This document shows, in pieces, positions 1 through 9,027 of a stretch of 15,428 nt of DNA. The notes under the pieces are model-generated. The model searched no databases and was not told where the DNA came from. It was given only the letters and a program-made list of their open reading frames with translations. The position numbers were made by a program, and so were the translations under genes. Position 1 is the stretch's first letter. Every line of letters begins with the position of its first letter. Origin of the DNA: a virus (lineage: Duplodnaviria > Heunggongvirae > Uroviricota > Caudoviricetes); the IMG/VR virus record IMGVR_UViG_2778261504_000013, positions 1 through 15,428 of that record; one strand, written 5' to 3'.

Positions 1-896
<896 letters not shown>

Positions 897-1539
897 CGAA
901 AGTATCTTAGCGGGCATGAAAATGGCAAATAACGGTCAAACATCGTGGCGTTGACACCGAAGCTGTAACTGAACCATTCTCTGATTTTGTCCATACGGTA
1001 CATGCTCTACCCATTCATTGAGGGGATTTGCTCTATTTAATTAGGAATAAGGTCGATTACTGATAGAACAAATCCAGGATACTGTGTTTAGTAATCAGAT
1101 TTGTTCGTGACCGATATGCACGGGCAAAACGGCGTGAGGTTGTTAGCGCAACCTCCTGCCACCCGCTTTCACGAAGGTCATGTGTAGAAGGCCGCAGCGT
1201 AACTATCACTGATGAATTCAGGACAGCCAGTGGCTACGGCTCAGTTTGGGTTGTGCTGTTGCTGGGCGGCGATGACGCCTGTACGCATTTGGTGATCCGG
1301 TTCTGCTTCCGGTATTCGCTTAATTCAGCACAACGATAAGAGCACTCAGTGCATTTAAGCCAAGCCCCATAAGGGAGAATGCTCTTACCTGTTGTGCAGA
1401 CAAAAAACCGCACGGCGGCGGGTTTAAGCTGTGTGGCGAAGTTACCCATCTTTACCAAGTATTCGGTAATAAAATAACTTGTGGTGTTCTCATTTTTATG
1501 CCGATAAAATAAACGGTCCACTTTCAAATGGAGCGATTC

Positions 1540-2460
1540 ATGATTTTTCTCAGAACTGAAAACGGCATCGAGAAACTTGAAAACTGGGAGAAAATTATAT
1601 CCAGACCAAACTTTGTCACCACTATAGACAAAGGAGTTCAACAACTTGAGGAGATAATTGGTTACTACAAATTTAAAGAAGAAATCCACTGTGGTCTAAC
1701 TGGTTGCAACCAACCACATCAAATGGGTTATATTGTAAAAACATCTAGTGGCATTGAAACCAACATCGGAAATAAATGTGGTAAAAACGAATTTGGTGTG
1801 GAATTTGGTGAAAACGTTCTTAGTTTCAATAAATTTATGCAACTCGAAACCAATCGGGAAATTATTAGCACCGCAAAAAGTAAATGTGAAGAGTGGCAAA
1901 AAAATATTGAAACGATACGAAATATCAAACCCACAATAGATTATCTATCTTCTACCATCGAAAATAGTAAAAATTCCAATTACTCCGGAAGACTTGGTGC
2001 TACAGAAATTCGTTTTTTGACCAAGAGCCAGACAGGCCTTGTAACCCTTTCTGAAGTGGAAACTGATAAGAATACCAAAACAATTCTGTTCGCAATGAAT
2101 GAACACATGCGCGAGTCTGGAGAGGCAATAAGTGAATTCTACATAGGAAAAGTATCATTTAGTCATGTTCTTTTACCAGAAAACAATCTTCGTGATTTTT
2201 TTGTTGCGCTCAAAGAAGATCTAAAAAAAATTCAGTGTATTGATCTACAAACAGCCCCAAGCCCAGAAATTTCTAATGTTGCCAAAATTGCCAGTTCAAT
2301 CGAAGAACGAATCAAGCGATTAAAAAAACTGAAACATGAAGCCAGTAAATTCCTAACTAAAAAAAATCTGCGTCCCATCGCAAACAAAATAAAATACTCA
2401 TCGACAGCGGATGAACTTGAATTCCATAATTTCGAACGCTTTTTAAAAGGGCTGAAATGA
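1540..2460 (+). CDS. Hypothetical protein, AT-rich orphan gene (about 306-310 aa), function unknown
   Basis: Long ORF of clearly lower GC than its flanks; GGAG lies 6 nt upstream of ATG 1540 (the alternative ATG 1528 has no SD); followed by a hairpin terminator. Contains a Cys/His cluster (HCGLTGCNQPHQ ... NKCGKNEFG). I recognise no family. Confidence 0.65.
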   Translation: MIFLRTENGIEKLENWEKIISRPNFVTTIDKGVQQLEEIIGYYKFKEEIHCGLTGCNQPHQMGYIVKTSSGIETNIGNKCGKNEFGVEFGENVLSFNKFMQLETNREIISTAKSKCEEWQKNIETIRNIKPTIDYLSSTIENSKNSNYSGRLGATEIRFLTKSQTGLVTLSEVETDKNTKTILFAMNEHMRESGEAISEFYIGKVSFSHVLLPENNLRDFFVALKEDLKKIQCIDLQTAPSPEISNVAKIASSIEERIKRLKKLKHEASKFLTKKNLRPIANKIKYSSTADELEFHNFERFLKGLK

Positions 2461-2461
2461 T

Positions 2462-2484
2462 AAAAGCCCCGAAAGGGGCTTCTA
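2462..2484. terminator. Bidirectional intrinsic terminator between the convergent orphan gene and Q
   Basis: Stem 2464-2470 (AAGCCCC) pairs with 2475-2481 (GGGGCTT) around a GAAA tetraloop; U-rich flank is better on the minus-strand side (TTTTA), so it may act as the terminator downstream of Q. Confidence 0.6.
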
Positions 2485-2574
2485 TCAAAATCATTTACGC
2501 ATTATTCCGCATGCTTAAAAGCATACATGACAGATTCGGACAAAATCAAGTGCAATGTCGCAAAAACCCTAAGC

Positions 2575-3405
2575 TTAGTTCACATCATCACCAAAACTTG
2601 TCACATTCTGAAAAGCAATATCGGCCTTACGCTCTTCCTGGTGGCAAATGTCAACCAGAGAATCAAGAAACGGCTTCCAATTACGCGTCCATGTCCTGAC
2701 ATGTAGCTCGGGTATCCGCTTCAGTACAACTTTATATACTGTGGTAGACGGTACCGTGGAAAATCCATTTCCGCTGCAACGTTCGCAGATTTTAAACACT
2801 GGCACACCACGCTCGCTTGTGGCTTTGCGGTCCAGTACCTCTCCCTTTCCACCACAACGACACCTGGCACTTATCACTCCCTTCCCTTTACATACATCGC
2901 AAACGACTGGTACAACTTCCGTTACCTCTGTCCATTTCTCCCAGTCTGACGGTCGAACAGCACGGGAGCGACTGGCCCAATATGGTGCTTTACCCCATGG
3001 GTATGAAACCTTACGAATGACCTGCTTACGGGGTGTTAGTCCGGTACCACTGCAACTATGGCATGTTACGCTGGTGTCTGCCGATCGGGAATACTCAGCA
3101 AAAGCAAACTGCGCCAGTACCAGCATACACCAGCCAAATTCACCACCAGCTGCTTTACGCACATTCTTCGGTGCAATTTCCATCGCGTGACGCGCCAGCG
3201 CCTGGACTGCCATCTGCTCATCAGTCTTGCTGATACCGGCCTTCCCGAAGAAGGCCGCCAAGCCAAACCGCTCACGATTGCTGGTGGTACCAATAGCCGC
3301 CATAACATCGGTGCCTGTAAGACGTTCCGGAGAGGTTCCTTTCACATCGTCGCCGATATACATTCCCTGAGGACTGAAGTATTTTAGCGATGCCTCAAGC
3401 TTCAT
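2575..3405 (-). CDS. Late antiterminator Q-like protein with four DnaJ-type CxxCxGxG zinc-finger repeats
   Basis: CHSCSGTG, CDVCKGKG, CRCGGKG and CERCSGNG repeats; last gene of the cro-side operon (the lambda Q position); start overlaps the upstream stop (TAATG). The family assignment is from memory of Q proteins of the Qin/phage 82 type and is not search-verified. Confidence 0.7.
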   Translation of the reverse strand: MKLEASLKYFSPQGMYIGDDVKGTSPERLTGTDVMAAIGTTSNRERFGLAAFFGKAGISKTDEQMAVQALARHAMEIAPKNVRKAAGGEFGWCMLVLAQFAFAEYSRSADTSVTCHSCSGTGLTPRKQVIRKVSYPWGKAPYWASRSRAVRPSDWEKWTEVTEVVPVVCDVCKGKGVISARCRCGGKGEVLDRKATSERGVPVFKICERCSGNGFSTVPSTTVYKVVLKRIPELHVRTWTRNWKPFLDSLVDICHQEERKADIAFQNVTSFGDDVN

Positions 3406-4262
3406 TATTCACACTCCCCAACCAGATTAAGAATAACCGCCGCGCCATTGTCTTTCATATATTCGCCCTTTCCGCTTGCCAAAAACCAACGACACACCTC
3501 CACGGCTTCAGCCCGTGTCACCGGTTTGATGGTCATCAGCAATTTTTCAAGGTAGCGCTCGCGGTCATATACCGATTCGTGATGCTCAGAGTAACCATAC
3601 TCATCGCCCTGTTCTTTAGACGCAGTGTGGCGAACACTGTAGAGCCAGTCCCAGTAAACAAACTCACGAACTACGTCTGACAATGTATGAGGCTCTGGCA
3701 GTACATCACGATAGCCATCAACATATGCACGACGCTGATCATCAATTTCATTCATACGGATGCCATCAATTCTGCCCGCTGTCTTCTCGGCTGCAGTCCA
3801 GCCCCAGAGATGATCGTCGATAAATTTCTGGGAAGACTGGATCACTCGCTCGGCTTCCACATCTTCGAGTGCTGCTTCATAGCTACCAAACGTAGCCCTG
3901 ACTGATGTTGCTTTTTTGATATTCTCCCGGGCGATCCTGATTGCCTGTGCCGGGTTATCCATGCCGATGGTACCGAAAGCAATCTGGAAAGGATCACCAC
4001 CATTCGCCAGCAGATAACGCGAATAGCGTTCCTGGGCCTCTTTTGGGGAAATTTTAATTTTCACCAGCGCAGCCTCAGCAGCATCCAGATGTGCGGGTTC
4101 GTTCAGACGGATAACCTCCAGCACCCAAAGATAAGCATCAGTCTGCTTATGCCCGGTGATTCTCCGTTGCTCTGGCAGGGGCTTGATGTTTGCGAGGGCG
4201 GAGCTGTACGCTGCCGTCGGGATGGTGAATAGTGCTTTATGTTCGTTGTTATCAGTACGCAT
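3405..4262 (-). CDS. Hypothetical phage protein (285 aa), in the nin-like position between primase and Q
   Basis: Translationally coupled at both ends (TAATG overlaps at 4260-4264 and 3403-3407); no recognisable motif. Confidence 0.65.
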   Translation of the reverse strand: MRTDNNEHKALFTIPTAAYSSALANIKPLPEQRRITGHKQTDAYLWVLEVIRLNEPAHLDAAEAALVKIKISPKEAQERYSRYLLANGGDPFQIAFGTIGMDNPAQAIRIARENIKKATSVRATFGSYEAALEDVEAERVIQSSQKFIDDHLWGWTAAEKTAGRIDGIRMNEIDDQRRAYVDGYRDVLPEPHTLSDVVREFVYWDWLYSVRHTASKEQGDEYGYSEHHESVYDRERYLEKLLMTIKPVTRAEAVEVCRWFLASGKGEYMKDNGAAVILNLVGECE

Positions 4263-5230
4263 TACGCAACCGCCTTTTTCTTATGGAAAACCAGCTCTCG
4301 AACCTGATCACCGTTCATGAGCATATTGTTGAAATCATCGTGATCCGGCCAGTACACGCTCACGCGCTGCAGGTCATTCTTTGCCATCAGATTGGCATGA
4401 GCACATTCGCAAGCCGCAGCCAGCCCGGTGGCGCTGTTCTCGTCACGGTCGGCAAAAATAATCAGGTGCAGAACACCAGCTGGTACGCGGAACTTTTTCA
4501 TAAAGCCGCTGTTAATGGTTGCCCAAGTGTTCACGTTATAAATCTGGTGCGCTGACAGCGCTGTTTCGATGCCTTCGGCGATACCCAGAGTGCTAGCAAC
4601 AGGAAACATGCGGATAGCTACAGAACGAGCGTGATCCAAATAGTTATCTTCCTGCAGGGATTTGAGGCGCTTTGCACTGCTACCGATATCTGCTTTTTTA
4701 TCACCATCAAGCAGAGTCTGGTGCAGATAGCACAACTCCCCTTTATCGTCCGTAGCAAGTGAATAAAGAGACTGGAACACACTCCCGTTGTGTCTCTGCC
4801 TGGCATTGAACCGGATCGCCTCAGCAGGAAGACTGAATATTCCACGAGAATTAAGATACGCTGCGCCGGATGTACCACGCAGTGCCTCCAGTTTTGAAAA
4901 CTTGCTCAATACCCGTTTGCGTAAGCTGGTGGCGCTGCTGGTTACCGGGATTTTAACCCGTTGGTAATCATTACCGATCAGGCGGTCTATTTCGGTACAA
5001 ATCTCGTTAAATGGCTTCGCCTGTGTCAGGGTGACAAGTTTCATACCATCGCCACTACCACATACACAGATCCACGTTCCTGCACCGTCGCGGTCATCAA
5101 TTCGGAACTTGCCACGTGCACCGCATACCGGGCATTCACCCTTGAAGTGATTTTTTCCTGTTATCGGCGGCAAGCCGAAGTGCTCTAATATTTCAGGCCA
5201 GCGGCCTTTCGCTGCAGCTGCTGTTTTCAT
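4262..5230 (-). CDS. DNA primase with N-terminal zinc-binding domain and Toprim domain
   Basis: CPVCG ... WICVCGSG zinc-binding motif; Toprim signatures IAEGIETALS and IIFADRDEN (DxD); coupled to the helicase gene. Confidence 0.8.
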   Translation of the reverse strand: MKTAAAAKGRWPEILEHFGLPPITGKNHFKGECPVCGARGKFRIDDRDGAGTWICVCGSGDGMKLVTLTQAKPFNEICTEIDRLIGNDYQRVKIPVTSSATSLRKRVLSKFSKLEALRGTSGAAYLNSRGIFSLPAEAIRFNARQRHNGSVFQSLYSLATDDKGELCYLHQTLLDGDKKADIGSSAKRLKSLQEDNYLDHARSVAIRMFPVASTLGIAEGIETALSAHQIYNVNTWATINSGFMKKFRVPAGVLHLIIFADRDENSATGLAAACECAHANLMAKNDLQRVSVYWPDHDDFNNMLMNGDQVRELVFHKKKAVA

Positions 5231-5231
5231 C

Positions 5232-6890
5232 TTACTGACTCAAACTGTTTATATTTTTCTGGAGTTGTTGCTTTGCTTGCATGATGCGCCAAGCCTCAGT
5301 GCCTATTGGCATCTCGCTTCGCTCACCTCGTTCCTGAGACAGAGGAATCGTTGCCTGCAATTTTTCTATAGTTCTCTGCGTCCGCTGACGGCCTTTGGCA
5401 AACCGAATCAGCTTGTGTTTGATGTAGTTACTTACTTCTGGGCTTATTTCCATCGGGAAACTGCTCAACCCATCAGGCCATTCACCGAATTTCTCCCTGA
5501 AAGTGTGAGCACACCATCCATCACTGACTGGACGCCCCAGCGAAGCACGCTGGCGCTGATAAAATTTGATCTGACTCCACCAGGACTGTTTCTCTGTCTT
5601 CGTCGACTGATGCTGATTTTTACCCAGCTTATTAAGTTTGCGGCTAGTGTCAGTATCAACATCTTCACCTCGCAGCGGCTTGTGTCCACATTTAGGGCAA
5701 ACATAGACGCCAGCTGGCTTCATGTAGTGGCATTGAGGGCATTCATGTGGCAGTTTTTCGGCCCGTTCCTCAACTGCGCGGCGCGCGCTTTCCTCCATGC
5801 CGTCAGACTTACCGGGAAGATCGTCGTACTCGATTGAATCCGGATAACCCAAACGGTGCACGGTGCCGCTGTGATCGAAGATAAGGCAGGACTCTTTACC
5901 CGGTGCGGTGCGCAGCCCACGCCCGAGTGCCTGCAACCAGCGAATTTCGCTTTTTGTTGGCCTGGCGTAGATGATGCAACGAACGTCACTATCAAAGCCG
6001 GCCACCAGAACGCCCACACTAACGATGATTTTCGTTGCACCAGTTTCAAAGCGGTGAATGATGGTCTGGCGCTCATCTACCGGAGTGTCTGCGGTCATTA
6101 CCTCAGCGTTAACACCTGCGAGGTTAAACTGGATTGTCAGGTAATTGGCGTGGGCTACGTTGACGCAGAAAGCGATGGTAGGTAGATCCCGACCATTCTC
6201 CAGCCAGTTCTGTACGATGTCGCCCACCAGCGTAGAGCCGCACATGATTTCAGCCAGCTGTGTTTCGTTGTAATCGCGGCCGTACTCAAGCGAAGATGTG
6301 GTTTTAACACCTTTCAGATCCGGCTTAGTTGGCGCGTAAAATTCGTATTTACTCAGATCGCCACGCTGGATTAACTCGCCGATGGTGGTCGGCTTAATCA
6401 GTCGGTCATAGTATTTGCCCAGGAACGGAGAAAACGGAGTACCCGACAGGCCAATCACCTTTACGCCTTTGCCGCGCAGACGTTCGATATCCTTCAGGAT
6501 GCGTTTTTTACGCAGGTGCGCTTCGTCGATAATCAGCAGATCGATATTTTCAGGAAAAACACGACGAATAAGCGTGTCAGTGCTGGCAATCTGAATTTTC
6601 CGGTCCGGATCGTAGTTCGGGTGATCCGCCCAGATATAACCGATTTCATCTCCAGGTAAACCATACTGCACGAACCGATTAGCCGTCTGACCAATCAGGA
6701 TGGTGTACGGAACACAGAACAGAACACGCATACCACGGCTGACAAAACCAGCAACGATGAAGGCTGCCAGACCCGTTTTACCGCTACCTGTTGGCGAGTA
6801 AACCATGAAGGTGTCGTTTGCCTTCCAGTCACGGCGCAACATGTTTAGCGCTCGCTCCTGTGCAAAATTCGGCGTGATTGTCAGCTGCAT
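5232..6890 (-). CDS. Superfamily 2 (DEAH-type) DNA helicase, replication module
   Basis: Walker A SPTGSGKTG, DEAH box IIDEAH, motif III LSGTPF, motif VI QALGRGLR; C-terminal zinc ribbon CPQCH ... CPKCGH. Confidence 0.85.
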   Translation of the reverse strand: MQLTITPNFAQERALNMLRRDWKANDTFMVYSPTGSGKTGLAAFIVAGFVSRGMRVLFCVPYTILIGQTANRFVQYGLPGDEIGYIWADHPNYDPDRKIQIASTDTLIRRVFPENIDLLIIDEAHLRKKRILKDIERLRGKGVKVIGLSGTPFSPFLGKYYDRLIKPTTIGELIQRGDLSKYEFYAPTKPDLKGVKTTSSLEYGRDYNETQLAEIMCGSTLVGDIVQNWLENGRDLPTIAFCVNVAHANYLTIQFNLAGVNAEVMTADTPVDERQTIIHRFETGATKIIVSVGVLVAGFDSDVRCIIYARPTKSEIRWLQALGRGLRTAPGKESCLIFDHSGTVHRLGYPDSIEYDDLPGKSDGMEESARRAVEERAEKLPHECPQCHYMKPAGVYVCPKCGHKPLRGEDVDTDTSRKLNKLGKNQHQSTKTEKQSWWSQIKFYQRQRASLGRPVSDGWCAHTFREKFGEWPDGLSSFPMEISPEVSNYIKHKLIRFAKGRQRTQRTIEKLQATIPLSQERGERSEMPIGTEAWRIMQAKQQLQKNINSLSQ

Positions 6891-6940
6891 TGTGCTGTCC
6901 CCGCAGTGATGAGATAATAATTTTGTGATGTGGTTTTCAT
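6881..6940 (-). CDS. Possible 19-aa upstream ORF (MKTTSQNYYLITAGTAQCS) coupled to the helicase start
   Basis: Strong SD GAGGAGGAA 5 nt upstream of ATG 6940; its stop overlaps helicase codons 2-3, while the helicase's own SD is weak. Too short to call on coding signal alone. Confidence 0.3.
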   Translation of the reverse strand: MKTTSQNYYLITAGTAQCS

Positions 6941-7001
6941 GGATTCCTCCTCACATGGCTGGTGGTCTCCCCAAAGGCTGCCAGCCCCTTTCCGAATCAA
7001 C

Positions 7002-7370
7002 TCACTTAAATTTCGTCGCACGAATAACGTCAATTCCGTTCTCGCTATATCGAAGAGGGTGCTTACCATCCCTGAGCAGGACAAAACCTGACATCCCCTC
7101 AGGTAGCTGAGCCAGCTTCATCAACGAACGGTTGCGGGGAGACTTCTTATCGACCTCAATGGCACACTGCTGGCCGTCTGATGATGTAACCAAGCAATCA
7201 ATAAACCCTTTACGACCACCGCTAATGCTGATGCTGAAATTGCGTTGCAGGTGGTATCCCTGAGACTTGATTTTTTTCTGCATCACATAATCGAAAACGA
7301 CTTTGTCATCGGAGCGGATGAATTGCTCTTCCAGGAGAGCGATTAAATTTTGCTTCAGGTCTTCACTCAT
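7002..7370 (-). CDS. Small protein with possible PD-(D/E)xK / VRR-NUC-like nuclease core, upstream of the helicase
   Basis: Segment GRKGFIDCLVTSSDGQQCAIEVDKKS ... Q ... GFVLL resembles the VRR-NUC core; the track's start at 7406 is TTG, so ATG 7370 is preferred. Family assignment is low confidence. Confidence 0.5.
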   Translation of the reverse strand: MSEDLKQNLIALLEEQFIRSDDKVVFDYVMQKKIKSQGYHLQRNFSISISGGRKGFIDCLVTSSDGQQCAIEVDKKSPRNRSLMKLAQLPEGMSGFVLLRDGKHPLRYSENGIDVIRATKFK

Positions 7371-7619
7371 ACTTTTTATCCATCTTGTACTAGCTTTCTG
7401 GTACAATCGTTTTTTCAGGGGTATCCCCCTTTAGATCGAGATCTACCTAACCTATGTACCCGTCTGTTGGAAAAGCCTGTTCCAGTGCTTCGCACTAACA
7501 CACGGGCACTCCTCCCCCTCCCCTCCTCTCACTGAATTTTGCATGTACTCCTTAGCTAGTACACAAAATGCAATGAGATTTGGGATTCAGCCACCGGACA
7601 CCTTTAAGCCCGGTACCAA

Positions 7620-7913
7620 TCAGGAGCGCGATTGCGTTCCTGCCAGGGGCGGCTGAGTTGTATACCCCTGTAAAGCTCTGCCCTGATTTCTCACGAACAG
7701 GCGGAGCCTTGTGTTTGCTTCATGCCTTGCTCTGTTCTCCTTACGGAATGAAACAGGCTCAGCGTCAAAAGTGATTTCGTATACCTCCGCATATTTCAGG
7801 GCGACCTTCCGTCTCAGTGACGGAGGCAGCCCCTGTAACTGCTGCTGAATCCACTCTTTGTCTGCCTGGCAGTACCTAGATGGCATCTCTGTCTGAACGT
7901 AATTCTGGGACAT
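7620..7913 (-). CDS. Hypothetical early protein (97 aa) immediately downstream of cro
   Basis: ORF with GGAGGTGA upstream of ATG 7913; overlaps the cro 3' end by 38 nt; in the cII-like position but with no resemblance to lambda CII. Confidence 0.5.
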   Translation of the reverse strand: MSQNYVQTEMPSRYCQADKEWIQQQLQGLPPSLRRKVALKYAEVYEITFDAEPVSFRKENRARHEANTRLRLFVRNQGRALQGYTTQPPLAGTQSRS

Positions 7914-8163
7914 ACAAGCCCTTCACCTCCCCCGTGCGCGCTAAGCTTGGATGTGGAAAAAGCTCTGGTAGGTCTGGACGAAATTCATACGCTTGGATCT
8001 TTCCGTCTACAGCTGCAACCAATAACGGCACAAATTCTGGTGAAATCTTGTTCTTGCAGTTCAACCAATCGCAGACTGTTGACTGGGCCTTTCCGCATCG
8101 CTTGGCTAAGGCTTGCTGACTTCCAAGAATCTCAATAGCTTTCTCTATGGCTTTATGTTTCAT
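7876..8163 (-). CDS. cro: Cro-like HTH repressor (Cro/YdaS type)
   Basis: 95 aa, HTH SQQALAKRCGKAQSTVCDWLN; divergent from the cI-like gene; AGGAGA SD upstream of ATG 8163 (the track's upstream extension is less likely). Confidence 0.7.
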   Translation of the reverse strand: MKHKAIEKAIEILGSQQALAKRCGKAQSTVCDWLNCKNKISPEFVPLLVAAVDGKIQAYEFRPDLPELFPHPSLARTGEVKGLYVPELRSDRDAI

Positions 8164-8185
8164 AATCGCATCTCCTATTGAACGC

Positions 8186-8214
8186 ATAATAACAACAGGA
8201 AAAGCGATATTCAA
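8186..8214 (-). promoter_or_regulatory. Candidate PR-like sigma70 promoter for cro (TTGAAT-17-TATTAT on the minus strand)
   Basis: Read on the minus strand: -35 TTGAAT (8209-8214), 17-nt spacer, -10 TATTAT (8186-8191), about 25 nt upstream of the cro start. Confidence 0.5.
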
Positions 8215-8230
8215 CGTTAAACCTAGAATA

Positions 8231-8250
8231 TTTATCGGAAAGCCGATAAA
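8231..8250. promoter_or_regulatory. Operator: perfect 20-bp palindrome TTTATCGGAAAGCCGATAAA in the cro-cI intergenic region
   Basis: 8+4+8 inverted repeat seen directly; its 14-bp core ATCGGAAAGCCGAT matches two sites at the promoter downstream of cI (11/14 to the 9028-9041 site). Confidence 0.55.
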
Positions 8251-8282
8251 CTAGCCAAGATAGAGAGGGGAGGAAAATCGCA

Positions 8283-8975
8283 ATGACATTTTCAGAACGA
8301 CTTGATTTAGCTATGCGCAACGCAAAATTTACGCAAGGTAGGCTGGCCAAAGAAGTGGGTATGGCTCAGTCCAGTGTTAATCAACTACTTAACAAAGCCA
8401 ACGGTTCCAGAAAAACAGTCGAAATAGCAAAAGTTTTGGGCGTTAACCCGGAATGGCTCGCATCGGGTGTTGGCCCAATGGAAATCGTGACCTCTGCAGA
8501 CTCACACCAAATACGTAACATTTCTGAAGATTGGGTTACTGATTCGTATGTCGTGGATGTTTTAGACATCAGATATAGTTGCGGACCTGGTAGTTATAAC
8601 TCTGATTTTCCTGACATTGTCAGATCTATAGCTATAGAACCAGGATACGCATCAAGAGTTTTTGGCGGCAGACCAGCATCAGCAATCAAAGCAATAAACG
8701 CCCACGGCGACAGTATGAAAGGCACAATAGACCCTGAAGACTTGGTATTTGTAGATGTATCAGTTCGCACATTTAATGGTGATGGTATATACGCCTTTAC
8801 ATACTCTGGAACATCGCACATCAAAAGACTTCAAAAAATCAAAGATACTCTAACGGTGATATCTGACAACCCAGCTTACAAGGATTGGGCTATCGAACCG
8901 GAAGACTTCGAACAACTTCACATTGACGGAAAAGTAATTGTCAGTTGGCCTATGACACTACACCGTTTTGCATAA
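8283..8975 (+). CDS. cI: CI-type prophage repressor: N-terminal HTH plus C-terminal S24 (LexA-like) autopeptidase
   Basis: HTH QGRLAKEVGMAQSSVNQL; S24 catalytic Ser in AHGDSMKG and Lys in HIKRL; possible Cys-Gly cleavage site (YSCGPG); strong SD GGGGAGGA; divergent from cro. Confidence 0.85.
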   Translation: MTFSERLDLAMRNAKFTQGRLAKEVGMAQSSVNQLLNKANGSRKTVEIAKVLGVNPEWLASGVGPMEIVTSADSHQIRNISEDWVTDSYVVDVLDIRYSCGPGSYNSDFPDIVRSIAIEPGYASRVFGGRPASAIKAINAHGDSMKGTIDPEDLVFVDVSVRTFNGDGIYAFTYSGTSHIKRLQKIKDTLTVISDNPAYKDWAIEPEDFEQLHIDGKVIVSWPMTLHRFA

Positions 8976-8993
8976 GCAAAAATCATTTAACCC

Positions 8994-9018
8994 GCCCACT
9001 CTTAAGTGGGCTTTTTTT
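8994..9018 (+). terminator. Intrinsic terminator after cI
   Basis: GCCCACT-CTTA-AGTGGGC perfect stem-loop (8994-9011) followed by T7 (9012-9018). Confidence 0.7.
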
Positions 9019-9027
9019 GGAAGAAAA

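Noticed and set aside
1234-1689. 151-aa minus-strand ORF overlapping the start of the AT-rich orphan gene
   Set aside because: Antisense overlap with the better-supported plus-strand gene, crosses a compositional boundary, and has no SD; likely spurious.
2648-3387. Several plus-strand ORFs (180, 67, 66 and 109 aa) and an 80-aa minus ORF within the Q gene
   Set aside because: All lie within or antisense to the Q-like CDS, which has clear zinc-finger motifs; proline/serine-rich low-complexity translations typical of wrong-frame reading.
5265-6185. Plus-strand ORFs (190 and 109 aa) and minus-strand ORFs (79 and 118 aa) within the helicase gene
   Set aside because: Overlap the helicase CDS, whose motifs are in order and in frame; no independent start signals.
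4262-6890. Helicase plus primase as a defense module rather than replication genes
   Set aside because: They sit in the cro-side early operon between the immunity region and Q, translationally coupled, which is the canonical lambdoid replication position; no associated nuclease or sensor domains are fused to them.
6881-7084. Full-length 67-aa minus ORF upstream of the helicase
   Set aside because: Its 5' part overlaps the 3' end of the nuclease-like gene in another frame; only the final 19 codons, which have their own strong SD, are plausible.
7350-7535. 61-aa plus-strand ORF across the structured intergenic region
   Set aside because: Proline/leucine-rich translation of a polypyrimidine tract, no SD, and antisense to the operon direction.
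7580-8138. Plus-strand ORFs (64, 79 and 63 aa) antisense to cro and the 97-aa gene
   Set aside because: Antisense to better-supported genes; no ribosome-binding sites.
8153-8824. Minus-strand ORFs (65, 62 and 76 aa) in and near cI
   Set aside because: Antisense to the cI CDS, which has clear HTH and S24 peptidase motifs.
8283-8975. Reading the HTH-S24 protein as host LexA or UmuD
   Set aside because: It sits divergent from a Cro-like gene with shared operators and inside a phage gene order, which fits a prophage CI repressor; the N-terminal HTH is XRE type, not the LexA winged helix.
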